The notes below the pieces were generated by a model, which did not search any database, was not told the DNA's origin, and worked only from the letters and a program-made list of their open reading frames with translations. This document shows, piece by piece, positions 1 through 8,588 of a stretch of DNA of 20,000 nt (its first letter is position 1; the number at the start of each line of letters is the position of its first letter). The stretch is from IMG/VR virus record IMGVR_UViG_3300027852_000004. The stretch is one strand, 5' to 3'. A program made the position numbers and the translations under genes. This DNA is from an uncultured virus (IMG/VR IMGVR_UViG_3300027852_000004) (taxonomy: Duplodnaviria; Heunggongvirae; Uroviricota; Caudoviricetes).

Positions 1-2
1 AT

Positions 3-284
3 CGTTTTCTTAGCCATGGGTAAAGCTTTGGGTGAGAAGGAAACGTGTGAGAACAATTTACGCCCAGCATATTCACCGTCAGTGATTTGAAGTGTCAGAG
101 ACCACATAGGTTGGCCGGAGTTGGCGGAAAGTTTATATTCGCACTCTTCAATGATCGCTTCGTATTTGCCTTTAGGAACAACCTCAAAGGAAGCCTCCTT
201 GACATCTGACAGATCGATCATCACAGAACCATCTCCACCCTCGAAAGTGTCATCGGTTACATCATCGTTATCTTTTTTAGCCAT
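3..284 (-). CDS. DUF669-like protein, putative ssDNA-binding protein (3' end runs off the window)
   Basis: Not in the ORF track. Translated by hand from ATG at 284: MAKKDNDDVTDDTFEGGDGSVMIDLSDVKEASFEVVPKGKYEAIIEECEYKLSANSGQPMWSLTLQITDGEYAGRKLFSH... The 'vP.G.Y...I......s..sG.pm..l...I.dGey.GRklf' pattern and the position after an AAA ATPase fit DUF669. Confidence 0.8.
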   Translation of the reverse strand, partial: MAKKDNDDVTDDTFEGGDGSVMIDLSDVKEASFEVVPKGKYEAIIEECEYKLSANSGQPMWSLTLQITDGEYAGRKLFSHVSFSPKALPMAKKT

Positions 285-346
285 TGTTTTTCCATTCATG
301 ATAGGAGTTAAGTTAGTTAGTTAGGTAGTTGCCCCATTGTGGGACT

Positions 347-1297
347 TTACGCTTTACCGAGCCTAAATGCCTTTACAAGATCTGACATTGTAGGGTCGTC
401 AAAGTACGCCTCTTTGAAGATTGCTAACCGATTCTTGGCGGCAAATCTTCCAACTGGTTGAACATATAGCCGGCGAGGAGCATTTACTCCATCAGCAGCT
501 GTACCTGTTTGCATGAAACCCACCACATCAAAATAACCTTGAATTTGGTTAGTGAGCTTGCCAGTCAGATCAGGTGTCCAATTCATACGCTTCTGCTCAT
601 CCTGGGTGTATTGAGCACCACAGACAATGATCAGATTCATTTTCAAGTCACGGAAAGCCCGAATAATCCGGTTAACCATGTTATTGTTCTTTTTGTATTC
701 GGCGAATTCTGCAGTCTTCTGATCAGTATCGAATAGTTCAACTGCATCGAAGTCTTCCTTGAAGCCTAGCAAAGATTGCATACAGTATGCTTCAACTTCC
801 GTCAGCGAATCAATGATAACGGTAAAGAACAACTTCGGCTCGGTAATCGTATCTGCAGGCACCTGCTTCAACCAAGCTTCAAATTCGATTAGCTTCTGCA
901 AAGCTTCCTTATCATTTGGATCCGCAATATAACGATCACGAAACATCACGTGAGCTGACAAGTACTCGTAGATCTTACCGAGGATCATGAAAGTGTTGAT
1001 CTCCACCCGTTCAATCAGTTCGGGGTGCTTGATACGGTCATTGTTCTCTAGAATCAATTCACCTGATTCAGCATCAATCATAAAAACATCACGCATGGCT
1101 TCAACATCAACGGATGAGGCTGCAAGCGTTGTCTTACCTGCTCCAGGCTTGGCATATACCAGCAGTTTAATATACTTACTGCCTTGACGAGTATTGGAGA
1201 GTTTGAATGGCGGGTTACTCTTTACCGCCATTGGAGCCTTAGTCGACGTTGAGCTTGTTGCCACACCTTCATCGGTTTTCTTCATCTCATTAGCCAT
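347..1297 (-). CDS. AAA_24-type P-loop ATPase (Sak4-like recombination protein)
   Basis: Walker A YAKPGAGKTT, IDAESG, Walker B VIIDSLTE, C-terminal AKNR; lies between a Cas4-like nuclease and an SSB-like gene. Confidence 0.85.
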   Translation of the reverse strand: MANEMKKTDEGVATSSTSTKAPMAVKSNPPFKLSNTRQGSKYIKLLVYAKPGAGKTTLAASSVDVEAMRDVFMIDAESGELILENNDRIKHPELIERVEINTFMILGKIYEYLSAHVMFRDRYIADPNDKEALQKLIEFEAWLKQVPADTITEPKLFFTVIIDSLTEVEAYCMQSLLGFKEDFDAVELFDTDQKTAEFAEYKKNNNMVNRIIRAFRDLKMNLIIVCGAQYTQDEQKRMNWTPDLTGKLTNQIQGYFDVVGFMQTGTAADGVNAPRRLYVQPVGRFAAKNRLAIFKEAYFDDPTMSDLVKAFRLGKA

Positions 1298-2538
1298 TAA
1301 ACGAAATCCTCTTTTGTTAAGTCGACTACATCTGCATCGACCATACCCTTAAGGTCAATACGCTTAATATCATTTTGCAAATACTTACGCCATGATTCAT
1401 CTGTTTTAGCACGTTCCTGAGTGTTCAGCTTTAATTGATGTTCCCAGTCTGACCCATCATCCATTGATACACACTCCTCATAGAAAGAGCACATCAAGGG
1501 GCAAGTCCAGCCAGGATTAGGATATAGTGGTAAATTGGGGTTAAGCATATCTTCACATTCCATCAGGATCTTTGATCCCTCGACTTCTAATGAATGCGGA
1601 TTCTTCCAGATACGATCCCGACGAATGAATTTGTCCCGATTCTCGTCTTCGATTGCTGCCATTGAATTAAGGTAGTCAACATTTGGTTTAGGTGCACCCA
1701 TCACGGTTCCGTATTTCTCGATCAACGCATCACGATACAGCGTATGGGATGTTACCTGATTCTGTGCTAATGAAATCGTACCATTTTTTAGCTCTCTTGG
1801 CCCCTTAGGAGCAGTCTTAGAGAATTGATGGTATATCATTCCCCCGATTGGTCTCTGGTATATATGATAAGCTGCCCAGCAGTAGGAGGTAACTTGCGGA
1901 TCATTTTCATAATGGGAGGATTTCATCTGCTTAGCAGTTTTGTAATCCTGCAACCATAGTTTACCATCTTCAGGGTCTATAACTACTCTATCAATTGTCC
2001 CCGAGTATATAGCACGATCGTAGTCAGGTGTAATTCCCTGTGATACAAGCCGATCACGCCAATCATTTGGAATATCTACAAGGAAGTTGACTTCGACTTG
2101 AGGCTCACCATTCAAAACGAATGTTTCGTAGGGATCTCTTCGTGACAGCCATCTGTCAGCGTAATACGATAACGTAGCCATACCTAACTCTCGCAACTCT
2201 TCCCACTCATCTGGTAGCTGCAAATTATGTGCATTTTTTCGTGTGGCGTATATATAGTCTTCAAAGCCTTCAATGATGGTGGAGTAATCCTTGGCTCCAT
2301 GGTAGTCTTCTAGCGCATAATGAATACCCGTACCATACCATAAAGGCGCAGGAGACTGCTTGGGTTCAAGGTTGAATCTTAGACCAGATGACCAATTCCA
2401 CTTGCGGCGACATGCTTTGAAAGACATTCTATCTGATGTCCGTATGACTGCCACTCTTTCTTTGAATTCACCTGTACGATGCACCTTAGATGGGTCTGCA
2501 TCAATATCATACTTCGTAACGTTCTGGTTGACAGGCAT
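1297..2538 (-). CDS. PD-(D/E)XK exonuclease, Cas4/AddB-like, probable Fe-S cluster
   Basis: GTGIHYALE, EVNF, GTIDRV, LQDYKT and QVTSY motifs; one N-terminal Cys (KACRRK) plus three C-terminal Cys (CPLMCSFYEEC); TAATG coupling to the next gene. Confidence 0.85.
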   Translation of the reverse strand: MPVNQNVTKYDIDADPSKVHRTGEFKERVAVIRTSDRMSFKACRRKWNWSSGLRFNLEPKQSPAPLWYGTGIHYALEDYHGAKDYSTIIEGFEDYIYATRKNAHNLQLPDEWEELRELGMATLSYYADRWLSRRDPYETFVLNGEPQVEVNFLVDIPNDWRDRLVSQGITPDYDRAIYSGTIDRVVIDPEDGKLWLQDYKTAKQMKSSHYENDPQVTSYCWAAYHIYQRPIGGMIYHQFSKTAPKGPRELKNGTISLAQNQVTSHTLYRDALIEKYGTVMGAPKPNVDYLNSMAAIEDENRDKFIRRDRIWKNPHSLEVEGSKILMECEDMLNPNLPLYPNPGWTCPLMCSFYEECVSMDDGSDWEHQLKLNTQERAKTDESWRKYLQNDIKRIDLKGMVDADVVDLTKEDFV

Positions 2539-2605
2539 GCTGATCTTCCCCTTATAGAATCACAGGTTAATTAGGTTCTGTTGGATTTTTCCCTAGCAGA
2601 CTTTA

Positions 2606-2634
2606 ATATTAATATATTTTTTCTAGGATATCAA
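2606..2634 (-). promoter_or_regulatory. sigma70-like promoter for the recombination module
   Basis: Minus strand TTGATA-17 bp-TAATAT in an AT-rich intergenic gap. Confidence 0.6.
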
Positions 2635-2653
2635 GATGAATTTTAAAACACCC

Positions 2654-3037
2654 TCAATGAATTTTAAGTTCACCATAATTCCCACATCCAAGAATTTTCC
2701 CTACAATATACTTCTGTCTTTCTGCCGTAGCAACACGTGCATTCAATATAGAGATATGCCCTTCAATACGACACTTCAAGTCCTTCAAGGCCAACTCTTG
2801 TGTGGGTACTGCCCACTGTCTAGCGGCATTCCCAAGTATGAATTTCGTATCTTTGGAACCATCCCAATATTTAATAAGCACACCTTTAGGGGTATGATGG
2901 ATTACAGGATACGATGTCATTTCAATGCGAGTAACTGACCCTGCAGGTTGCCCCCACTCAGCCCGAGGATCATACGCTGCATATTCCCTGGCTTCAGCTC
3001 TCCACCACACCTCATCCATGCTGTAAGTACTTTGCAA
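2654..3037 (-). CDS. hypothetical phage protein
   Basis: 127-aa ORF co-oriented with neighbours, with a purine-rich RBS-like sequence upstream. Confidence 0.65.
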   Translation of the reverse strand: MQSTYSMDEVWWRAEAREYAAYDPRAEWGQPAGSVTRIEMTSYPVIHHTPKGVLIKYWDGSKDTKFILGNAARQWAVPTQELALKDLKCRIEGHISILNARVATAERQKYIVGKILGCGNYGELKIH

Positions 3038-3052
3038 TATCCACTTCCTTAC

Positions 3053-3442
3053 TCATCGTGTTATCCTTTCCAGCCTCCTACGAACGCTTTCCATCAAATC
3101 CCACACTTTTGGTGCACGTGTAGAAACTTCACTAAATCCAGTTCCTATACCATCGGAAGGCCAAATAACAATCTTACCACGCTCTAAAGCCAATTCTATA
3201 GGAAGGATATCACACATAAAATTAGCCTTAATTCGCTCAAAGTCCCTATCATTATAGAAAGCCTCTTCAGACATGTTTGGTAGGTATTTTGTAGCCACTC
3301 CAACAGCATTAGGCTCACCACGCATTTGAGCAGCCTGACCACCCATACCCTTGCGAAGCATGTTATCACCGAAAACGAATAGGACATCTGGATTATTTTG
3401 CAGATACCTACGATAGATTCGATGTTGCTTAATAATGGGCAT
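3053..3442 (-). CDS. conserved phage protein with macrodomain-like glycine loops
   Basis: VFGDNMLRKGMGGQA and IWPSDGIGTGFS resemble the two ADP-ribose-binding loops of macrodomains; fold is inferred. Confidence 0.6.
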   Translation of the reverse strand: MPIIKQHRIYRRYLQNNPDVLFVFGDNMLRKGMGGQAAQMRGEPNAVGVATKYLPNMSEEAFYNDRDFERIKANFMCDILPIELALERGKIVIWPSDGIGTGFSEVSTRAPKVWDLMESVRRRLERITR

Positions 3443-3445
3443 AAT

Positions 3446-3943
3446 TTAAACCTTCAGATCATCGGGGTGAATTTGCGGGATGGGAGTTAGATCTGGTTCT
3501 TCACCACCCAGGAAAACGTAGTTATAGTATTCTTCCAAACGTGGCCACAGCCAGTCAGTTCCGCCATGCAAAAACCCCTCACGGAACTCAGCCGCATAAA
3601 GACCTCCAGCCGATGAAAAACACCCACCCCCAGTTATGGAACACTCCTCCGTAAACGTATCTGAGTCAAACAACTCTTCAGCACTGTGACGTGAAATTAG
3701 GTTGAACCATGGATATTTCGTACCCCCCAATCCAGAAGGTACATGTGTGTCAGGTGTGTACCAATCCGTGGACGCAGTTAACTCTATACCCCCGATGGGA
3801 CCCTTCACAATGAATGCTATACTGACCCCATGAATACCATAATTCGTGCCTGGGGGGTTACGTTTAAAGTTATACGCACCATTCATCCTTACTTCACGGG
3901 TCAGAGAAAATGCTTCATCAGCCATAGTAGTTACCTTTACCAT
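3446..3943 (-). CDS. hypothetical phage protein (start may be the Met at 3925)
   Basis: 165-aa ORF tightly packed in the operon. Confidence 0.65.
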   Translation of the reverse strand: MVKVTTMADEAFSLTREVRMNGAYNFKRNPPGTNYGIHGVSIAFIVKGPIGGIELTASTDWYTPDTHVPSGLGGTKYPWFNLISRHSAEELFDSDTFTEECSITGGGCFSSAGGLYAAEFREGFLHGGTDWLWPRLEEYYNYVFLGGEEPDLTPIPQIHPDDLKV

Positions 3944-4235
3944 CAGTTGCCTTCATGTGAACTTTCCTACCGACATTTCCTTGATCGCCTCCGTTTTGAT
4001 TCAAGCTGCGCTTACCTTGTTTGACGAGCTGCATCATACGGCGGCCAACTTCAGCAGGCGTCACACGATTCTTCTTTGCAGTTTGACGAGTTAGGCGACG
4101 TGACATTTGACGAGATGTCGGACGCTCCACATACGGAATCGCTGCATTTGCCTGACGTTTAGCTTTAGCCACTTTTGCGTGGTGGGCATGACGATCATGC
4201 TGTTCCCGTTGCTCGGGTGTCATTTTCTTAAACAT
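3918..4235 (-). CDS. hypothetical highly basic protein
   Basis: 105 aa, Arg/Lys-rich; starts 1 nt after the helicase stop with a GGGGA RBS. Confidence 0.65.
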   Translation of the reverse strand: MFKKMTPEQREQHDRHAHHAKVAKAKRQANAAIPYVERPTSRQMSRRLTRQTAKKNRVTPAEVGRRMMQLVKQGKRSLNQNGGDQGNVGRKVHMKATDGKGNYYG

Positions 4236-4236
4236 G

Positions 4237-5718
4237 TTATTCCCCTAAGTCCATTTCTGATTGATTCCACGTCCCACCCCGTAAGGTGTTAATATACGTG
4301 GACATTGTTAATTTGATATTGTTCGCCTTAGTATCTAGTGCTTCCTGTAGCATCTCACCCTCGATCGTATCATCATATTTATAGTATAGGATGTTAATTG
4401 GGTGAGGTGTATTTAATCTATGCAGCCGATCCTCCGCCTGAGTATTTTCATCAACTGTCCACTCCCAACCTATAAACCTACCCTGCCTAGCAGATGGTAA
4501 CTCAAAGCTTTCGGCAAACTTGATTGAGACTATACAACACTTCCCGCGGTTCTCAGGCAGATTAAACTCCTCTTCAACCCTTCTAAGCTCCCCAGGTTTT
4601 GTCCCACCTTTCAACACATACGGTTCAGGATACCCGGCACCTACTACTGCTCCCCGTATGAAGGGGATGGCGGCCGCGAAAGGAGTGAATATTACCTGGT
4701 GAGGATCATCTTCTAAAGACTCCACAACATGACTGATAGCAGCCCCAACACCCATACTCTCATCCAGCATTTTAGGGCATACCAGGAGTTGTCGTAACTT
4801 CGTGATCTGACTCAGCACACTAGCAGCAAGTATCAACTCCCCGCTCGGTGATAAAGCTCCCCCAAATTTTGACAAGCTATCATACATCTTCTTCTGTTCC
4901 GGTGTCATCGTTACGGGTAGATAGTCACGGGTCTTGGGCGGCCTTTGCGCATCTACCTCATCATCCGATTCACGCAATCTAATAACATAGGGTGCAATAG
5001 TTGCTGCCAGCATTTTAAGGTTCTTGGGACCTACATATTCTTGACCATAGAATCCTGCCACATGCTCACAGAAAGTATTCGAGAACTTCCAATATGATGG
5101 AAACTTTGATGGGTCACAAAAGTTTAAGGATGTCCATAAGTCCTGAGGCCCCACCCGGAGAAGGGTACCAGACAACCCGATGAAGTACTTCACTTGCTTG
5201 ACATATCTGCGGAATGCTTTTGCAAGTACAGTCTTACGGTTACGTAGTTTCTGGATCTCATCACCTATCATCATCTCGAACTTGGTCAAGTCTACACCGC
5301 ACCGCGCATCCATCATATCCCTATGAAGCATATCCCATGTAGTGACGACAACAGTGGCTTGCGTCTTCCATAGTTTTCTCCTTTGCTGAGGCGTACCTGT
5401 GATGATCTGAATATCACTATCAGTGAAGCCAGGTACCCACTTAGCATATTCCCGGCGCCAAGTGTTGATGGAGTTCTTCTTACACACCACAATTACACGT
5501 AGACCCCAACACAAGGCCTGATGAATCATAATTGCAATCCTCGACTTACCTAACCCTGGATCAATATATAAGATTCCTCGACCTTTTGATGCCACCGCGG
5601 TCGACATATGATCCGACAGCTTGACCAGAGTAGTGATCTTACCGCAGAGAAAGTCTGTCACACGCTCCTGATATTGGTAGGGGGGTACCCTTACAGATAT
5701 GTGCTCAACATCAGTCAT
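4237..5718 (-). CDS. SNF2-type superfamily 2 DNA helicase
   Basis: YQ Q-motif, motif I DPGLGKS, motif II GDEIQ, motif III GLSGT, LRQLLVCP, motif VI QAEDRLHR. Confidence 0.9.
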   Translation of the reverse strand: MTDVEHISVRVPPYQYQERVTDFLCGKITTLVKLSDHMSTAVASKGRGILYIDPGLGKSRIAIMIHQALCWGLRVIVVCKKNSINTWRREYAKWVPGFTDSDIQIITGTPQQRRKLWKTQATVVVTTWDMLHRDMMDARCGVDLTKFEMMIGDEIQKLRNRKTVLAKAFRRYVKQVKYFIGLSGTLLRVGPQDLWTSLNFCDPSKFPSYWKFSNTFCEHVAGFYGQEYVGPKNLKMLAATIAPYVIRLRESDDEVDAQRPPKTRDYLPVTMTPEQKKMYDSLSKFGGALSPSGELILAASVLSQITKLRQLLVCPKMLDESMGVGAAISHVVESLEDDPHQVIFTPFAAAIPFIRGAVVGAGYPEPYVLKGGTKPGELRRVEEEFNLPENRGKCCIVSIKFAESFELPSARQGRFIGWEWTVDENTQAEDRLHRLNTPHPINILYYKYDDTIEGEMLQEALDTKANNIKLTMSTYINTLRGGTWNQSEMDLGE

Positions 5719-6664
5719 CGTCAGTCTCCGGACTCATGTCGATTGGATTGCGGAATCCTAGGAAGATAGGATGGCGAGGCTTATTCTTGGATCCGATAGG
5801 TGTAAACTTGAACTTAATCAACCTACCTAGATAGTCTTCACGATTATCCCACACTTTCTGACGTAGTTCAAAGTCCAAGCCTATACCTGAACCAACTTTT
5901 ACATTAACCATCTCACCTTTAAACTTGCACCTACAATAAAACTTCCCAAGTGTGCCTGCAGGAACTTTACCTGCTATATGTGAAGATCGTACTGTCATAC
6001 CGCGTTCGGATTCTGTAGCTACATTTCCATTATGCAACATTTCCTCAAAGCCCGTGATGCTACCTTCCATATCCTCCCAAACCTTACGTCTTAGCAAATG
6101 CCCCTGCAGCATTGTTGAACGTCCATATTTATATCCTGAGGATGTTTGACGCAACACAATACCTTCATGACCCTCAGAAAGGAACTTCTCTTCAAGCTGG
6201 TGAAACATTCCCACATCGAGAACCTTATATGAGGGTACCAACTTAATACGTCCATATCCAGCATCGTGCAGATGGCGTACAAGAGTTTTCACTCTCTGGT
6301 ATCTTGCGTACGCCATTAGATTAGGTGAGTTACAGACGTCAAATACGTAATACGCAAAATTAGGTTCACCGGCCACCGACATAACTGCCGACTGGATACT
6401 ATTGAAGTCTTGAGCTTCACCTTGATCATCACGCGTAACTAGTTCGCCATCTAGACCGTCAGCCCAGGATGGTAACCCGTCAAAATATTCTTGAATGAAT
6501 AAGTTAGGTAAAGGTTTCAATGATCTTGAAGTCGCTACTGACGACAAATTAATAGCACGAATACCATCGATCTTGGGCTGAGCTAAGTAAGGTAAACCTT
6601 CCTCTAGTCTATCCTCCTTGATCGTAGCAGCCAACATAGGCATAATCCTATCAACATTACTCAT
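5711..6664 (-). CDS. lig: ATP-dependent DNA ligase (minimal, Chlorella-virus-ligase-like)
   Basis: Motif I QPKIDGIRA (KxDG), LDGEL, YYVFD, HEGIVLR, KVGSG, PRHPIFLGFR. Confidence 0.95.
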   Translation of the reverse strand: MSNVDRIMPMLAATIKEDRLEEGLPYLAQPKIDGIRAINLSSVATSRSLKPLPNLFIQEYFDGLPSWADGLDGELVTRDDQGEAQDFNSIQSAVMSVAGEPNFAYYVFDVCNSPNLMAYARYQRVKTLVRHLHDAGYGRIKLVPSYKVLDVGMFHQLEEKFLSEGHEGIVLRQTSSGYKYGRSTMLQGHLLRRKVWEDMEGSITGFEEMLHNGNVATESERGMTVRSSHIAGKVPAGTLGKFYCRCKFKGEMVNVKVGSGIGLDFELRQKVWDNREDYLGRLIKFKFTPIGSKNKPRHPIFLGFRNPIDMSPETDDD

Positions 6665-6813
6665 TTGGTCACATCCTTGATTTTGGGTTCGAACATGGGT
6701 GAAACGATTTTACACTTGGGGACATTATGCTTCTTCATGCATGCAGTATCTCCAACGCACAAAGCAAGTGACAAAATCAACGCTGCAGCAAAGAAACCTA
6801 TAACATAATCCAT
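6661..6813 (-). CDS. small membrane-anchored protein (50 aa)
   Basis: Not in the track: MDYVIGFFAAALILSLALCVGDTACMKKHNVPKCKIVSPMFEPKIKDVTK. Fills the gap exactly and its stop overlaps the ligase ATG (ATGA). Confidence 0.65.
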   Translation of the reverse strand: MDYVIGFFAAALILSLALCVGDTACMKKHNVPKCKIVSPMFEPKIKDVTK

Positions 6814-6814
6814 A

Positions 6815-6997
6815 TTACTCGTCCGATCCATCTTTAGACAAACAGTGTGACTGGTTCAGGGTTGCAAGCTGAGTCTGGGCGGGTACCTGTAAGTGCTTGA
6901 TAACCGTTACCATACTTTGTTCGCAGACGGCTTTGGACTCGAATTCAGCTGTAAATCCACCCTGTAAGGGTATAATAATTATCATTATCCAGTTCAT
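6815..6997 (-). CDS. small hypothetical protein with hydrophobic N-terminus
   Basis: MNWIMIIIIPLQGG...; TGATG coupling with the upstream gene and a GAGG RBS. Confidence 0.6.
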   Translation of the reverse strand: MNWIMIIIIPLQGGFTAEFESKAVCEQSMVTVIKHLQVPAQTQLATLNQSHCLSKDGSDE

Positions 6998-7209
6998 CAC
7001 CAATTTCCTCCGTAAGTTTCAGACTCACCCCAAGTGCAGGGCCCACATAAGCCTACCGCATATACTACGGGCTTTTCACCACAATTCGTACACCCACGAG
7101 TATAATCCTTTTGAAAGGCTTCCTTATCAGTCATATTTTCAGGGTCAACACATGTCGGCTTGGGATGCACAGTAGGTGTTAACCCCAGTTTAATCCTATC
7201 ATCAGACAT
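6997..7209 (-). CDS. small zinc-ribbon protein
   Basis: CTNC...CGPC motif; 70 aa; overlaps both neighbours. Confidence 0.7.
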   Translation of the reverse strand: MSDDRIKLGLTPTVHPKPTCVDPENMTDKEAFQKDYTRGCTNCGEKPVVYAVGLCGPCTWGESETYGGNW

Positions 7210-7615
7210 TGCTAAGATCCACCATCGTTGAGGCGTTCTCGATGTCTGACATTTCCAGAATAAAGTCGGGCAACTTGATCAACTTGCAAGCTTTGGATTT
7301 GCCGTCGAACATAACACCAATTTCATAATGCCCTAGAGCATTCATGTGCTTAGCAAACTGCACAATCGCCTTATGACGACAATCATTAGTCCCAGCAGGA
7401 CACTTGCAGTCATACCCGCCACGTTTAACCAACATCCAATACGAGCTACTAAAGTCCCAGTTCTGGAGATACTTCGTAATCTTGATATCACCCCCCGAAC
7501 CAGAGTTTTCATCCTTATTGACATACAGCGAATACAGATGTGTTGTCTTGGGTAATCCTGCAGGCACATCAGCCAACACGAAATCCATATCTACTTCACC
7601 CACTTCTTCAGTCAT
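7202..7615 (-). CDS. SWIM-type zinc-finger protein
   Basis: YDCKCPAGTNDCRH matches CxC-xn-CxH; probable start MTEEV after a GAGGGAG RBS. Confidence 0.65.
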   Translation of the reverse strand: MTEEVGEVDMDFVLADVPAGLPKTTHLYSLYVNKDENSGSGGDIKITKYLQNWDFSSSYWMLVKRGGYDCKCPAGTNDCRHKAIVQFAKHMNALGHYEIGVMFDGKSKACKLIKLPDFILEMSDIENASTMVDLSNV

Positions 7616-7616
7616 C

Positions 7617-8207
7617 CTATCTCTCCCTCTGGTTTGCACGTTGTTCGACTGCAGTAGCCCACCTCACATTGCCAGGCTTATACGGTCCATCATTATCGAT
7701 TCTGTCAATTGAAAACTTCCGACTCTTGCGAGGACCAACATGCTCCAAGAAGTTCCTAAAGCCATCTTCAGGTCCAGCCTTGTTAGGATCTTTATTCCAT
7801 TCATCACATACGAAGATCCCACGACCTCCATAGGATGAGTAATGTTTATGATTTTTGTCCTCGGTACGACGATGCATCATATACCAAATACCATACTCTT
7901 CTTTGAACAGGGATTTGAGTGTTGAGGTACGACAACCGCAATTCCACTTAGGTGCAGCACGTTTCATATAATACTCAGGAACTGTGAGCTCAGTCCCACA
8001 ACTACACTTACACCTCCAACGTATCGCAAGGTTAGGTGATAAACGTCTGGAACGACGAATCTTCCGTAACAACTTAAGTTCACCAAACTGCATTCCAATA
8101 TAGAATCTTCCGGGCACTCTCTTGGGAGGTTCAGCATCAGGTGCCCCCTCAACTAGGTGTGCAGGTAAATCCAGTATATACTTAGGCTTACGTGTAGTTC
8201 TAACCAT
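7617..8207 (-). CDS. phage HNH homing-endonuclease-like protein
   Basis: WRCKCSCG, YGGRGIFVCDEW and SIDRIDNDGPYKPGNVRWAT, typical of free-standing phage HNH endonucleases. Confidence 0.85.
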   Translation of the reverse strand: MVRTTRKPKYILDLPAHLVEGAPDAEPPKRVPGRFYIGMQFGELKLLRKIRRSRRLSPNLAIRWRCKCSCGTELTVPEYYMKRAAPKWNCGCRTSTLKSLFKEEYGIWYMMHRRTEDKNHKHYSSYGGRGIFVCDEWNKDPNKAGPEDGFRNFLEHVGPRKSRKFSIDRIDNDGPYKPGNVRWATAVEQRANQRER

Positions 8208-8367
8208 TAAGAATCTCCCTGATCTGCTCTTTCGTCAGCTTGTGATAATCTCGTAGGTGATGCGACACACCAATTTTATCTCTGAGACCTTTCCCACATT
8301 TAGGACACTTGTGCAAATTCTTCCGAGGTGCGCGGGCGTGTAGTAAATGCTTACTTTTATCAACCAT
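8200..8367 (-). CDS. C2H2 zinc-finger protein (55 aa)
   Basis: Not in the track: MVDKSKHLLHARAPRKNLHKCPKCGKGLRDKIGVSHHLRDYHKLTKEQIREILNG, containing C-x2-C-x12-H-x4-H; overlaps the HNH start by 8 nt. Confidence 0.75.
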   Translation of the reverse strand: MVDKSKHLLHARAPRKNLHKCPKCGKGLRDKIGVSHHLRDYHKLTKEQIREILNG

Positions 8368-8384
8368 CAGCCAAAATAGTCCCT

Positions 8385-8588
8385 TTTAAGTTAGGTGGGA
8401 GTGGTTCGCGGCACATGCCACTCCCGTTCCATGCATTCAGGGCACATGAAGAAAACCCCGCCGACTGCTCTCGACGCACGTCAGTGGTCCAGAGTTTAGT
8501 TGGGGGCGATTTTGTGGCACATGCCACCCCCGTTTTCATGCTGTTAAGGTCTGTCAAGAACCTTGCCACACTCTAGACCCGTCGAAGC
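8385..8588 (-). ncRNA. unclassified structured RNA element with two homologous stem-loop/pseudoknot units
   Basis: Two ~45-nt related units (8391-8434, 8496-8541) with compensatory stem changes, plus closing helix GGUCUAGAGU/ACUCUGGACC and hairpin AAGGUU/GACCUU. Confidence 0.55.

Noticed and set aside
5711..6664. Ligase motif V reads LLRRK instead of the usual LLKxK
   Set aside because: Conservative Lys-to-Arg change with all other motifs intact; no sign of inactivation or novelty.
8360..8569. 69-aa ORF MARFLTDLNS...
   Set aside because: GTG start without a clear RBS; the internal repeat is read in different frames and its substitutions preserve base pairs, which favours an RNA element. Not fully excluded.
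7617..8588. Group I intron carrying the HNH gene
   Set aside because: No interrupted host gene is evident, flanking ORFs are intact and coupled, and I could not find group I P7 core sequences.
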